From Chrysochromulina tobinii (lineage: Eukaryota), in the NCBI GenBank assembly GCA_001275005.1, contig JWZX01003269.1:1-64000 (forward strand): a stretch of DNA of 64,000 nt. Direction: 5' to 3'. The notes under the pieces are model-generated. The model made no database searches, was not told where the DNA came from, and saw nothing but the letters and a program-made list of their open reading frames with translations. The position numbers and the translations under genes are program-made. Of this stretch, positions 22,546 through 35,359 are shown piece by piece. Each line of letters begins with the position of its first letter. The first letter of the stretch is position 1.

Positions 22546-24994
22546 ATGGCGACGAGACGTCCACCTGTCGCGAGCCCACGCCTGAGCACTCGCTTGCTGG
22601 CTCCACCGCCCGTCGACCCGGCCATTCCACTAGAGGGTTTCCATTGGGAGGCATCACTTGGACGCTTCATCAACGGCGACGGCTACGAATTCAACCCGAG
22701 GGACGGCATGTTCCTGAACACCCTGACTCGCAAAGAGTACTCCTTCGACACATCAGACCGACTCTTCAAGCCTCGCTCTTCCGACAGTGACGGCAGCGCT
22801 GCCGAGCCCTTTACTCCCGTCAAGGAACTCCTGTCCGGCGTGTCGACCGAGCTGACGGCACGCAAGGAGGCGCTCACATCTCTCATCGGCCAGCTCACGC
22901 GCCGTTTCACGCCGCGCAGCGGCGCTGCGACAGCGCCCCACGACGAGGAAGAGGTCGTAACGCTGGGACGTGATGCCGTTCGCATGCCAAGCCTCGGGCC
23001 TTCGCCTGCGCCGGCGGCTCGGCCGGCACAGGCATCCTCAGCGCCGCGACGGCGTTGGGGCGATGATGGCGATGAGTATGCTGACGAGAACATCGCACAG
23101 CCGCCTGTGCCACCGCCGCCGCCGCCCTCGAGCTCTTCGATCCAGGCCGCTGCCACGGGGCGGACGCCGGTGCTGGCGCCTGCCAATGGCATGCACACGG
23201 AGGCACGTATCTGCTCGCCGCGCCTCGCCGCTACAACGAGCACCAGCGGCGGCAGCACCAGCGGCGGCAGCACCAGCGGCGGCAGCACCAGCGGAAGCGG
23301 TGGTGCCGGCGGCAGCGGCGGCGGTGGAGTGCCACTCAGCGCGAGCAGCACCCACGAGCCGTGGCGTGGAGTCAACTCGGCACGGCTCTCCAGCACCCGC
23401 CCACGAGCCTCTCCCGGGGCTCCAGCCACCTCCACCACCTCCACCACCTCCACCACCTCCACCCAGCCAACGGCCACTGGCGGCGGAGCGTTGTCGTGGG
23501 CACCGCCCTCCGCCGCCGCCTTGTCGGCTGCCTCCCCGCCCTCGGCTGCCCGGGTGAGCCTGTGCTCGCCGGGGCTGCGCTCGCCTCCGCCTCGGCCTCT
23601 GCCATTGGAGACCGGAGGCAACTCAAGGCATGCCCATGGGCCCAGCGCCAGCGCCAGCGCCAGCGCCAGCGGCGCTTCCGGCTGCAGCGCTGGCGGCAGC
23701 GGCGGCGCTGGCGGCAGCGGTACGCGGGGAGAGGTGCTCAGTACTGCGCGAGGCCCTGCGAGCGTGCCTCTCGGCACCGAGCGCGCGCCCTCGTCAATCT
23801 CGCCTCAATCTCCGCTGTCTCCGCCCTTGCCACTCGGCCTCTCATTCGGCGTAGGCGCTCAGTACGGCGCTCAGTACGGCGGCTTCGGCTCGCCCGGCAG
23901 AGCAAGCGCCCGGGACGGCGCAGCTGCCGAGTCGGAGCGCCGTGCAGCACGGGGACACACCTCTGGCGGAAGGAGCTCGCTCGGAGCTCGCCGCGACGCG
24001 AGAGGCCCTCCGGCAAGCCCAGGCGCGACACGCTAAGGAGCTCGAGGCGGTCCGACGGGGCTGGAGCGCACGGTGCGATGAGCTCACCGTGACCATCGGC
24101 AAGCTGCGCAGGCAGATGGAGGGTGGAGGGGAGGTTGGAGGGCCGGACGCCCCGGCCGGCGCGGCCGGCGCGGCGGATGCCGAGCCAGTGAGCGCTGACA
24201 TGAAAGCCGTGGCGGCACCGGTGGGGGCGGCGGCGGAAGCCGAGCCCACTGGCGCGCGATCGACGGATTCGATTGCGATGGTCGCCAGCTGGGAGGCCAG
24301 ATTGCAATCTGAGGTCGCCAGCTGGGAGGCCAAGGTTTCATCACTCGAGGCTGCCCTGACCGAGGCACGATCGGCGGCGGCGGACTCAGCAGCACAGGCC
24401 AAGGCGTGTGCCGAGGCAGCCGACGTCCGTGTGGCAGCGGCCGAGGCGGAGGGGCGCAAGTTTGCCGAGGAGGCCCGTGAGTGGCGTCGGCAGGCGGAGC
24501 GCGCCATCGTCGAAGCCAAGGCCGCTCGTGCGTGCCCGCCCTCGCCCTCGCCATCGGCTTCCTCGACGCCGCTCCCCCCTTCTCCGAGCGTCGTGTCGAG
24601 CGAGAAGCGCGCCGCCGCCGCTGAAGTGGCCGCTGCAGAGGCTGCGGCGGCTGCAGCAGAGGCCATGAAGCGTGCCGACACGTGGCAGGCCGAAGGGGCG
24701 TGCGTCGCCGAGAGGCTGCACGAGCAGCTTGGCGCCCTCGCGCTCGCCCTCGAGGGCATGCAAGTGCCCGATATGGCGTTCTCTGGCGTGGCGGAGAGTG
24801 AGTGCCGGCGCGCCGTCACCTCTGCCGAGGGACGGCTACAGCTCGAGCAGCAGCGGTACATGCAACAAATCGAGCGCCTCGAGTTCGAGAACGAGGAACT
24901 TCGGCGTGCGACGCGGGCCAAGTCGGACAAGATTAACGCACTCAAGCAGCAGCTCACCGAGCGCAGCAATACCGAGCGCAGCAATCAGCAATAG
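22546..24994 (+). CDS. OCRE-like domain, low-complexity linker and coiled-coil protein (probable intron 23851-23947)
   Basis: GYEFNPRDGMFLNTLTRKEYSFD aromatic repeats; a GTAGGC...TGCAG intron joins ORFs 22531 and 23942 in phase 0. Confidence 0.6.
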
Positions 24995-25288
24995 CAACAC
25001 TGCTCGGTAGGGGCACTCTGGCACTCTGGTACTCTGGTCGCGATCAGTTCGTCCGCGGGGTCGACATCAGCTCACCTCAGTCGGGATCAGAGGACACGCG
25101 ATGAACACGCGAGAAGGTCGAAGGCTCGAAGCTCGCCAATTTTTCCTGCTGCTACGTGCCAGCTGCGCGGAACCCAGAGCTGGCCGTCGTGTGCGGGGTC
25201 CCCGGTGGAGCCACCTAGACGACCTGTAGATCGATGTCATATAGATCGGTGCCGGCTGCCGCTTTCACAAAACCCTAAAGAAACCCCA

Positions 25289-25443
25289 CCCCCACAGTGT
25301 TCAAAGCCTATGGGGTAATTACCGTACCTGAGTAGCAGTGGGAAGGTCCCCCTAGGTCAAAAAAGTGCGCCCCACAGTGTTCAAAGCCTATGGGGTAATT
25401 ACCTGAGTAGTGGGAAGGTCCCCCTAGGTCAAAAAAGTGCGCC
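25289..25443 (-). repeat. Two copies of a 72-bp repeat unit (same family as 62183-62603)
   Basis: cccacagtgttcaaagcctatggggtaattacctgagtagtgggaaggtccccctaggtcaaaaaagtgcgc twice; copy 1 has 5-nt and 3-nt insertions. Confidence 0.9.
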
Positions 25444-26020
25444 GTACATGTAGCCAGCTACTATCTTTTCAGCGAATTTCCAGCCATTTATAACCACCAC
25501 ATGACTTCTAACACTGTCACTATCTTTTGGGGCAGAAAGATAGCAGATAGCACCTGATGCACACCTCTGGCCTTGCCTCTGGCTCACATTTAGCGCCGGC
25601 AATTGAAAGCAATTGAGCGCCGGGTTGGCGCCGGGGCTCGAGCGTGTCGTGCGGCTGCGCCGCTGCGGCCACTGTTGCGGCTGCTAACAGGTAACACCGG
25701 CCCGATTGGCACTATCGGTACCTTCCGCCTATCGCGGCGCCTGTGGCGCGACCGCGTGTCGCCGATCGGGTACTTTTGGCCCTACGCCCTATAGTTGACT
25801 TTTGATTGGTTCGTTACTCTCGTGCGGGTAAGGCTTCGAGCTCCCCCTGACGATTAACGGCCTGTTTATAGCAGGCTGTGTCGGCCACGCCTCCGTCCAT
25901 GCGATAGCGGCCCCCGAAGCGCGTTGTGTTGAACTTCACCAAACTTCATCGCGCTGTGTTGAACAGCAGGAAAGCCCGTCCAGTTGTTTTTCCTTCGAGC
26001 GCCCTCTTGAACCAACCCCC

Positions 26021-26538
26021 ATGAACGACCTAAGCACTCGCCGGTACAAGGAAACGGTGCGCGCGCCCCAGTAGCCCACACTCTTCACAGCCGTAACGAG
26101 TAGTTGCGTCCGTGCGCTCACAAGGGCTTGCTCGCTTTCTCATCCCTGCAGCTCGATAAAGAGAAGCAACTCCGCCGGAAGTGGGCAGCGCATGAGCAGT
26201 CGCAGGAAATCTTCGACCCGAGCAGCGCTGAGATGGCGCAGCTGCAGGGCTTGAACCTCAAGCTCATGGACTTATGCGCCGATCCGACGAGGACTGGCAA
26301 GAGCGAGGTGAGCGAGGCGCCGTCGTCGCGAAAGCAGCTAACAAAGCTTCGCAACGAGATTCGCACGACGCTGGCCAACATCGACAAAAAGCTCGAGACT
26401 GTCGATGCGGAGTCGAACGTGGGGGACCCGGTGGTCGAGGCGGCGAAGCGCGACGCGCGCGAGCGCATGAAGCTGCCCGTGCATTTGCGTGGCAGTGCCG
26501 TCATCTATGAAACGCTCATGGACAGCAAACGTTCATGA
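26021..26538 (+). CDS. Small hypothetical coiled-coil protein, two exons
   Basis: MNDLSTRRYKET exon, then a GT-AG intron at 26057-26151 in phase with ORF 26104-26538. Confidence 0.6.
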
Positions 26539-26945
26539 GGTCGCACGAACTAATTGGACGCGCGGTCGATGCGGCGACGACGTGGCTGTACATGCGCCAG
26601 GAGCCTCGCAGGGGCGCGGGTGAGACGGCGTGAAGAAGAGCCGAAGGCGGGCCCGGCGTCGCGACTCGCGTGCACACCGGACCGCGCGCACTCCATCTCC
26701 GCAACAGTCGGAACAGGCATCAGGCAGGACCCGTAGCCCGCATATTGATATTCCGGAATCAACCAACGTTCAAGCCGCGAAAACGTACCATCCACTTTTC
26801 ACTCAAAGCGCCGAAGTGGTCTCTTTCTTTAAACGAAGCTGGTAATAAATTGCACATACACGTACGACGGGGAAAGTCAATCGTCGAGTCGCGGCAATCG
26901 GCGACGCTACACGCCCTGTCCGGTCGCGCGCGGGATGTGGGCTCT

Positions 26946-27977
<1,032 letters not shown>

Positions 27978-28160
27978 TGGACACGCGGTCTAGCACTCTG
28001 CCTCGGAAATGCCCAGGATGGCGCTCCTGACGAAGCTCTCTTCGTCGGCACTGACCTTGCGGCTGAGGTCGGCACCGACTTTATATGTGTGTATGTGTTG
28101 TGTTGGCTTCGGGGCCGACAGGGGCCGACAAGTTTGTGAACGGAAAGAGATCCCGCGCCA

Positions 28161-28820
28161 ATGCGCGGCCTCCTCGCGATTCTGGCTGCAGCGACAGGCG
28201 CGACGGGCCTCTCCTTCACGTTGCCGCCCGCATCAGACGTGGGAGCAAGCACGCGCTGCATTCACGAGACGGTGCCGCACCGCTCGCTCGTCGCGGGCGA
28301 CTGGGAAATCACTGCGAGCAACTCCAAGATCATCGAGAGTGCGAGCGGCAGCAGCAGCAGCAGCCTCAGCAGCTCCGCGGGTAGGCCATGCGAGCTAAAA
28401 ATCTTAGATCCATCGGGTAGCGTGGCCTTCTCCAACTCGGAGCTCACAGGGCACTTCGCTGTCCATGCACATTCGGCTGGCATGCACAAAATCTGCGTCT
28501 CGAACAGCGCAGGCGAGGAGCGCAAGGTGATGATCAATATCAGGCTCGCGCTCCAGGTAGATGACCACGAAACGGTCGCCAAAAAGGAACACATTGAGGC
28601 CATCGAGGCCGAGCTCGACCGCATGCGCAACATGGCCGTCCACGTGTACGAGGAGATGATCTACATGCGCCGACGCGCTGACCAGCAGCACGCGACGAAT
28701 GCGAGTACGCGCGGTCGGCTGCTGTGGGTGGAGGTGTGCATGATGTTCGCCGTGCTACTCATGGGTCTGTGGCAAATCCGCTACCTGCGCAACTATTTCA
28801 AGGTGAAGAAGTTGATATGA
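28161..28820 (+). CDS. emp24/p24 GOLD-domain cargo receptor (TMED10/p24-delta-like)
   Basis: Signal peptide, GOLD cysteines, YMRRR...TNASTRGR, C-terminal TM followed by YLRNYFKVKKLI. Confidence 0.92.
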   Translation: MRGLLAILAAATGATGLSFTLPPASDVGASTRCIHETVPHRSLVAGDWEITASNSKIIESASGSSSSSLSSSAGRPCELKILDPSGSVAFSNSELTGHFAVHAHSAGMHKICVSNSAGEERKVMINIRLALQVDDHETVAKKEHIEAIEAELDRMRNMAVHVYEEMIYMRRRADQQHATNASTRGRLLWVEVCMMFAVLLMGLWQIRYLRNYFKVKKLI

Positions 28821-29600
28821 TCAAGGACATGCGCACCCCCGATGAGTGCGGCTATGGTGGCCAGGTGTCCCCTGCACGCCGCTCTCCAGCAGTCTCTGAC
28901 TCTCCCCTCGCTCTCCATCAACCCATCGCAAACTCGTGCGGACCTTGATCCGCGCTCATCACTCGTCTCTAGATCTGTACACGCGTTTATCTGGGAAGCC
29001 TAGGCACATGCAGGTTCATGCAATCGCCCTTCCCGCTCCCCGGCCGCACCGTGCGGACGCCGGGGCGGGCAATATAAAAATATCACCACCGCGCGTCAGC
29101 TCACTCTTCTCGAGATCTTCTTCAATTTACACGCTTTGATCAGGGAATGGAACTCACCGGCAAGTGTCAGGCACCTTTTAAGACCATTTTGACCATTCGT
29201 ACTGCTCTGAGTCACCTGTGGTCGAGCGCGGATGGGGCCAAGAGAGTACACACGGCACCGGGCAAACCCTCCTGTCGCTGGCGCCGTCTGTAGCTGGCGC
29301 CGGGCGTCCTCCCACGGGACCGTGAGGGACCCGCGCGCGCACAGGGCCACTGGGGCGCGCACAGGGCCACTGGGGGGGCACGCGCGCTTCTGCATGCGAA
29401 AGCTTGCATGCGGGGCGGAAGCGTGGCACGAGGCCAGCCGCTAGCCGCTCAGCATGCACTTGTTTCGATGCCGGTACCAGTCCATGTGGCAGCACTCGTC
29501 CTTCCTGAGTTCCACAGCTCCCACATACTGACGAATGCTCCTTCCGCCCGCGACCGAACACTTTTGCCACTTCGCTGCTCACCACGGCGCTGTCGCGTCT

Positions 29601-30431
29601 CTATTGGCCCTTCGCCTTCACCGCTTCCTTGCCCTTGCCGCCTGAGTCCTTCTTCTTTCCGCCAAAGTTGTCCATGTAGAAGAAGTGCATGAAGAGAGCG
29701 AGCACGCCACCCACGTACGCGTAGTTGAAGATCCACGAAATCATCATGCCTTGGTTGGCGCGGAAGCAAGGGATGTTCTTGTACGGGTAGACGACGGTGA
29801 AACCCGCGAGGAACTGGCAGATCTGCATGAGCGTGATCAGCGGCTTGGCGGGGTACGGCACGCCTGCGGCCGTGATCGCGTAGTAAGTGTACATGACCGT
29901 GTGGATGAAGGCGTTCAGGAAGACGAAGATCCACAGGCCCTCGTTGGCAAACTTGATGCCCAGGTAGACGTCCCACGGCGCTCCGAAGTGGTGAAACGTC
30001 TGCAGGAAGGATACCTCCTTGCCCTTGAGCACCAGCCACGCCGTGTCCAGGTATTCGACGTACTTGGAATAGTAGAAGGCCCATGCTGCGTAGGTGAAGA
30101 GTTTGCTGTTGTACACAGGCGACGGGCAGCTGTTCGTGTACAGCTCTGACGGCGTGTCGCCCGCCCAGTCCAGCAGCGGCTTGCCGTAGCCACGGTCCCA
30201 TCCGAGCGCCACGGTCGTTGCGATGAAGCACGCAAGCGAGAAGACGGCCATCAGCACGTTGTACAGGATCATGGAGGTCTTGTAGGCGCCTTTCCTCTTG
30301 TCGACCAAGCCAGAGTTCCTGAGAATCGGCTTGAGAAAGAGGTATCCCATCGTGCCAATGATGATCTCCGGGTTGGTGATCGCTGCCAACACGTTGGGCT
30401 CCAACGGCCACAAGGAAGCCGCAGTCGCCAT
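29601..30431 (-). CDS. ELO-family fatty acid elongase, C18 delta-9-elongase (IgASE1)-like
   Basis: FYYSKYVEYLDT, variant His box FLQTFHHFGAPWD, HTVMYTYY, ITLMQICQF. Confidence 0.92.
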   Translation of the reverse strand: MATAASLWPLEPNVLAAITNPEIIIGTMGYLFLKPILRNSGLVDKRKGAYKTSMILYNVLMAVFSLACFIATTVALGWDRGYGKPLLDWAGDTPSELYTNSCPSPVYNSKLFTYAAWAFYYSKYVEYLDTAWLVLKGKEVSFLQTFHHFGAPWDVYLGIKFANEGLWIFVFLNAFIHTVMYTYYAITAAGVPYPAKPLITLMQICQFLAGFTVVYPYKNIPCFRANQGMMISWIFNYAYVGGVLALFMHFFYMDNFGGKKKDSGGKGKEAVKAKGQ

Positions 30432-30881
30432 GCCCTTGGTCCGAAAGGATCGTCCACGGGTAGGCACCACGGAGATCTGATCTGACCTTTCGGTCCCTCC
30501 CTTTTTACCCCTCGCATCTTCAACGTTCAACTTGTTCTTGTACAGGAGCGGCATCTTGTTTTCATCTGCGCGAAACTTCCTTCAGACTTACATGTAGGGG
30601 GAGTGAAGTTGGAAAAACGGGTCGAGACACCGAATGGGAATGCGGCGGAGCCTTGCAACCGAGCGTGCAATCGAGCGTGTGTGTGACCATGTGAAATGGC
30701 GCCAGCACTTGGCGTGCGCGGGTTTGCGGGGGTTGCGGTTTCCTGCGTCTTGTGCCTTTGGCGAGCGCCTCAGGACGTGGTCTTCATGCAGCGGGCCCTT
30801 GTCCGCGCCCTCCTCGATGCCGACGCGCCGCCGTTGAGCTAGCCATTGCTCTCTCTCTCTCTCTCTCTCCGCTCTCTGTAC

Positions 30882-32111
30882 CTACGAGTCGGCGGGGGCA
30901 GCGGCGGCGACCGGTGCCGCGGGCCTTTGGAGGTTCTCGAGGCCGGAGGTGACCTTGGCGGAGACGATGATGTCACCCTCCTTGACGTCCGACAGCAGCC
31001 GCGCCCCGTCGACTGTGTACCCGAAGCACGCGTATCGGCCATCGAGCAGATTCTTACCCGCCGGGGTCAAATCCGAATCGAAGAGCAGCCAGAACCACTG
31101 CGACGAGGCCGAGTCGAGGTCAACCTCCTCGCGCGCCATGCCGAGCGCGCCGTACGCGTTGAATGGGAGCGCCGCCGCGTAGCCGCCTCGCCCATCATCA
31201 TCGAAGGTCGCACCGTAGATGGGTCCCTTATCTCCCGCCACCATAACCTCCAGAGGGATCTTGCGCACCTCGCTTGCACCCGCGGGCACGAAACCATTGA
31301 GCTTCTGGCGGCCCTCGGCCTGCGGGTCACCCGTCTGCACCACGAAGCCGTCCGAGCGCTGGATCTTGAAGTTGTTGTAGAAGCCGGAATCGACCAAATC
31401 TACAAAGTTGCCGGCTGTGATCGGCGACGTGTAGCCGTCGACCACCATCGAGACCTGCAGCTTGTCGTAGAGGTCGCCTTGGACATTGAACTTACCGTCG
31501 GGCCGCTTGAGCTCCATGGAGACGGTCGCACGCCCCTTGAGCCACGGCAGATTCGCAAACTCCGCGGGCGGCGCTGCCTGCTTGTATGTCGTCGCGATCA
31601 GCTCCTCGAGCGCCGACACGTCGAGGAGCGCGCTCTCGAGCGCTTTCCCTGCCACGGTCGCTTCGCCCTTGGTGATCGCTGATGACGCATCGGACACCTT
31701 GGACTCGATCGTCGAGAACAGCTTCTCGCCGCTCGCTGCGTCTGGCACCGACTTGAGGATCGCTGCTCGCTGGCCACTGAGCAAGCCCTTGGCTGAGTTG
31801 AGCGCCTGGCCCGCATTGAGCAGCGTCAGCCGCGTCACGCCGTCGGCTGCCTCCTCGATTTTGAGCTGTGCATCGCGGAGGCCCTTGGGCTGGTTCGGCA
31901 GCCCGAGCCGAAGCAGCGAGTTCGGGTCCTTGTTGACGCGGCTGCCCGAGCCGGAGGAGAGCTCGCGCGCGAAGGCCGGCGCGGACCGGAACGGCACGGG
32001 CAGGAGCGTATCGAGCTGCTGCAACGGGCTGAAGATGAGTGAGGCAGCTAACAACGCCGCCGAAGCGGAGCGGCTCGCGCTCGACACGGAGGGCAGCAGA
32101 GAGAACTTCAT
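30882..32111 (-). CDS. CYP38: Thylakoid lumen cyclophilin CYP38/TLP40-like PPIase
   Basis: LPWLKGRATV, VDGYTSPITAGNFVDLV, FVVQTGDP, GALGMAR, LLDGRYACFGY; lumenal AFA cleavage-like site. Confidence 0.9.
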   Translation of the reverse strand: MKFSLLPSVSSASRSASAALLAASLIFSPLQQLDTLLPVPFRSAPAFARELSSGSGSRVNKDPNSLLRLGLPNQPKGLRDAQLKIEEAADGVTRLTLLNAGQALNSAKGLLSGQRAAILKSVPDAASGEKLFSTIESKVSDASSAITKGEATVAGKALESALLDVSALEELIATTYKQAAPPAEFANLPWLKGRATVSMELKRPDGKFNVQGDLYDKLQVSMVVDGYTSPITAGNFVDLVDSGFYNNFKIQRSDGFVVQTGDPQAEGRQKLNGFVPAGASEVRKIPLEVMVAGDKGPIYGATFDDDGRGGYAAALPFNAYGALGMAREEVDLDSASSQWFWLLFDSDLTPAGKNLLDGRYACFGYTVDGARLLSDVKEGDIIVSAKVTSGLENLQRPAAPVAAAAPADS

Positions 32112-32261
32112 ATCTCCTAATGAGCTCACGTCCGAGAGTCGGCAATTTTGGAACCGTGCGTCTCGACCCGACTCTTGAAGACCAGACCCGTACATTAACA
32201 AGTTGCCTCATAGCGACTCCTTGCTAAACCCCTCGAAAACAGGCTAAAAGAATATTAATCG

Positions 32262-35156
32262 ATGCAGCCCCCGCCGCCGCCGCCGCCGGCGCGCCCATCA
32301 TTCTTCTCGTCGCTCTTTGGCGAGCAAAAGTCGCCGCCCGGCAAGGATCCAAGCACCAAGTTCACCCTCGCCAACCTGAGCTCGCTGTATTCTCAGCTCA
32401 GTCGCGTGGTCGTGGTCAATGAGCGCAACCAATCGCAGATCGTGGAGTCGCTGCGGAATATCGCGGAAATCATCATCTGGGGCGATCAGCAGCACGACCC
32501 GGCCATCTTTGAGTGTTTTCTCGAGAACAACATGCTAGCCATCTTCTGGCGGTTCCTCGAGCAGGAAGACACGCCCTCGTCTGTCAAGCAGCAGCTGCTG
32601 CAGACCCTCTCGCTGCTCATCCAGAACATCGACGCCGGCCCTTCGGTCTATTTCATCCTCTCCAACAACCACATCAACGACCTCATCCGCCACCAGGGCT
32701 TTGACCTGACCAACGAAGAGCTCATCGCGAACTACGTGTCGCTCCTCAAGGCGATCGCGCTCCGCCTCGACAAGGACACCGTTCAGTTCTTCATCAGTGA
32801 GGAGCCCGAGCCAACTGCTGCTCCCGCCGGCGACGACGAGGCGAGCAGCACCGTGCACGAGCAGATCCCGCCGCGCACGGTGACGCGCTTTGCGCTCTAT
32901 GAGGAGGCGCTCAAGCTGTGGTCACATGAAGACCGGATGGTGCGCACGGCAGTTCGTACCATCGTCCTCTCCATCTGCCGCGTCGATGACGCTGCCGTGC
33001 GCGCCTTCATCTCGCGCTCGCCGCTGCTGCCGCGCCAGCTCAACGCCTCCCTCCGGTCCGACTGCGCCGCGCTCACCAAAGCCATCGCCGCGGTCAGCAT
33101 GGGGAGCCGCACCGCTGCGCCGGCAGCCGCGCCAGCGGCCGCGCCCGTGCCTTCCGGACCCTACGGACTTTGCGCAACCATAGTGCCTCCGACTAGCAGC
33201 GAGCTTTCGAGTATGGAGGGGCAGCTGCAGCATCTGCTCGACGAGCTCTACTTCGTGCACGATGTGCTGGACGCTGCTGCTACCAACGTGAAGCCTCTCT
33301 GCGCGCGGCTGCGCGCAGCGCTGTTCTCGCAGTTTGTGATGCCCGTCATCGTGCAGCCGCTCGCGTCTGTTTCCAGCGAACGGGTAGGCAGCGAGGCGGT
33401 GGCGCATGAGATGCAGCAGACGCTGCCGCGGCTGGTAGCGCTCCTGGTGCTTTCGCACTGCCTGAGCGTCTTTGGCCACCCGCCGCTCCTCATGTCGATC
33501 CTCACGCTGCTCTTGCACCCCGGGCTCGCGCTCGCGGACGTGAAGTTCTCAAAGTTCGAGCTGCTGCCCCCCTCGGACGCCCTCGAGCTCGCGCGCCAGT
33601 CCGTCGAGAGCTCCTTTGATGGCGGCGACAGCAGCGGCGGCAGCAACGCAGACGGCATCGTCATGCCGATTGCAGAGGGCGGGCCGGAGCGCAACGCCCT
33701 ACGAGCCGCAGTGCTCGGGGCACTGTGCAGCACCGATGAGCGCACTTGCTTCTTTGCCTGCTGTGCGCTCCTCTCGGCGCTCCGGTGCACCGCCCCAAGC
33801 AGCACGGGCGGCGGCAAGCCCGCCGCGCTCACTGGGCACGCAGAGCTGCTCAAGCAGGCGAAGCTGCTGCCGCTCCGCCAGCTGCGCTCAGAGAGCCTAC
33901 TAGCCCAACTGATCAGTTCGAAGACGAAGCCAAAGCTCTCGGGCTCTGGCCTGACCGCGGACGGCGCGGCCGAGTATTGCGAGCCTGCGGTGCAAGCACT
34001 GCTCGAGCTACTCCTGCGCGCCGCCAAGCAACCGATCTTACCCGAGGAGGACCTCATGAGCACGGCCGTCGAGAGCAAAGTCGACGCGAGCGCCGACCCG
34101 AGCGCCGCGGCGCCGTCCGCCCGAAGCGGCGCGATGCGGCTGGTGACGGTGCAGTCGGCGGTGGAGCTGCTGCTCGAGCTCACACACGACAGCTCTGCGC
34201 GACCCAACCTGAGTGAGAGTCATGCACGCCTACTCGAGACCGCCCAAGCGTGCGCCGCGCGCAACCTGCGCCGCGCACTCAAAGGGCGCTTCGCAGCGTC
34301 CCTTGGCAATCTCGTCGAGTATGAGTGCCGCCAGCTGCCGCTGCCGCTCACCGCTTCTTTCAAACTCGGCCAGCTCCTTTCCGACTGCTCACTCCTGCTA
34401 CCCGCCGAGCGACTGGCACAGGCCAAGGCGGTGCCGCTTGCTCGTCGCGCGCCCCGCGATGAGCTCGAGGCGACGCGCGCGGCCATCCAGACCTTCCTTC
34501 TGACGCGCCACGCTCGCAACCTACTGCTCCGTTACCCAGAGGACTTGCGCACGCTTGGAAAGCCGGCTGGCTGGGCGGGCGCTGCACCGCCGATTGGAGG
34601 GCGGCTCGAGCTACCGGGTCTGACCTGTCAGCTGCTGCCTTGCTCGCTGCTGGTGCACATGCGCCAGCCGGAGAGGTGTCAGCTGCTCGTCTTCACGACC
34701 GCCAAGGACATCGACGGTAAGCTCGTGGTCGCACCTCCCGCACCCTCGGCGGCATCGGCCTCGGAAGGGCCCAAACTTGAGGCGCCGAGCGGAGCGACAG
34801 AGGCACCGCTGAGCGCCGCGCACCACGCGCGCAACTTCCTGCTGCTCGTGAGGCCCTCTCCCGGGGTCGCGCTCGGTGTGGAAGTGCTGCTCGCTCTGCC
34901 GCTGACCGCGCTCACCCTCAGCGTGCCCACGGGTGGCACCAAGCTCGTGTGCCGTGTGCCGCGCCACCACCAGCCGCCGACGGTGAGCCCCGAGCACCCG
35001 ATCCAGCTCGAGTTTGATGACCTCTGGCGCTGCTCGGCAGCCAAGGCACAGATTGAGGCCGCGTGTACATCGGCACGCGCCGAGCAGCACGATGCCCTCG
35101 TAGCCCTACTCGCAGTGCAGCCCTTGGGCTTGCCCAGCGTCCGCGCGGTATGTTGA
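32262..35156 (+). CDS. CLEC16A/TT9/GOP-1 family (FPL domain) protein
   Basis: VESLRNIAEIIIWGDQ, QLLQTLSLLIQNI, YFILSNNHINDLI, EDRMVRTAVRTIVL. Confidence 0.92.
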   Translation: MQPPPPPPPARPSFFSSLFGEQKSPPGKDPSTKFTLANLSSLYSQLSRVVVVNERNQSQIVESLRNIAEIIIWGDQQHDPAIFECFLENNMLAIFWRFLEQEDTPSSVKQQLLQTLSLLIQNIDAGPSVYFILSNNHINDLIRHQGFDLTNEELIANYVSLLKAIALRLDKDTVQFFISEEPEPTAAPAGDDEASSTVHEQIPPRTVTRFALYEEALKLWSHEDRMVRTAVRTIVLSICRVDDAAVRAFISRSPLLPRQLNASLRSDCAALTKAIAAVSMGSRTAAPAAAPAAAPVPSGPYGLCATIVPPTSSELSSMEGQLQHLLDELYFVHDVLDAAATNVKPLCARLRAALFSQFVMPVIVQPLASVSSERVGSEAVAHEMQQTLPRLVALLVLSHCLSVFGHPPLLMSILTLLLHPGLALADVKFSKFELLPPSDALELARQSVESSFDGGDSSGGSNADGIVMPIAEGGPERNALRAAVLGALCSTDERTCFFACCALLSALRCTAPSSTGGGKPAALTGHAELLKQAKLLPLRQLRSESLLAQLISSKTKPKLSGSGLTADGAAEYCEPAVQALLELLLRAAKQPILPEEDLMSTAVESKVDASADPSAAAPSARSGAMRLVTVQSAVELLLELTHDSSARPNLSESHARLLETAQACAARNLRRALKGRFAASLGNLVEYECRQLPLPLTASFKLGQLLSDCSLLLPAERLAQAKAVPLARRAPRDELEATRAAIQTFLLTRHARNLLLRYPEDLRTLGKPAGWAGAAPPIGGRLELPGLTCQLLPCSLLVHMRQPERCQLLVFTTAKDIDGKLVVAPPAPSAASASEGPKLEAPSGATEAPLSAAHHARNFLLLVRPSPGVALGVEVLLALPLTALTLSVPTGGTKLVCRVPRHHQPPTVSPEHPIQLEFDDLWRCSAAKAQIEAACTSARAEQHDALVALLAVQPLGLPSVRAVC

Positions 35157-35224
35157 CCACAAATAGGCCAGAAGATGAGATTTAAGATACATGCCCATTC
35201 TTGCTCGGGAGCTACTTCTCCCTC

Positions 35225-35280
35225 TTGACTTGACTTGACTTGTAGCTTCTCCCTCTTGACTTGACTTGACTTGACTTGAC
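35225..35280. repeat. (TTGAC)n microsatellite in two blocks with a duplicated cttctccctc flank
   Basis: Read directly. Confidence 0.9.
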
Positions 35281-35359
35281 TACGCCCCCAAAAGGAAGGG
35301 GCTTCCTTTTTTTTGGCCTCGTTGATGTGTTGATGCGAGCCGACGTCTTCAGGTCGGAC

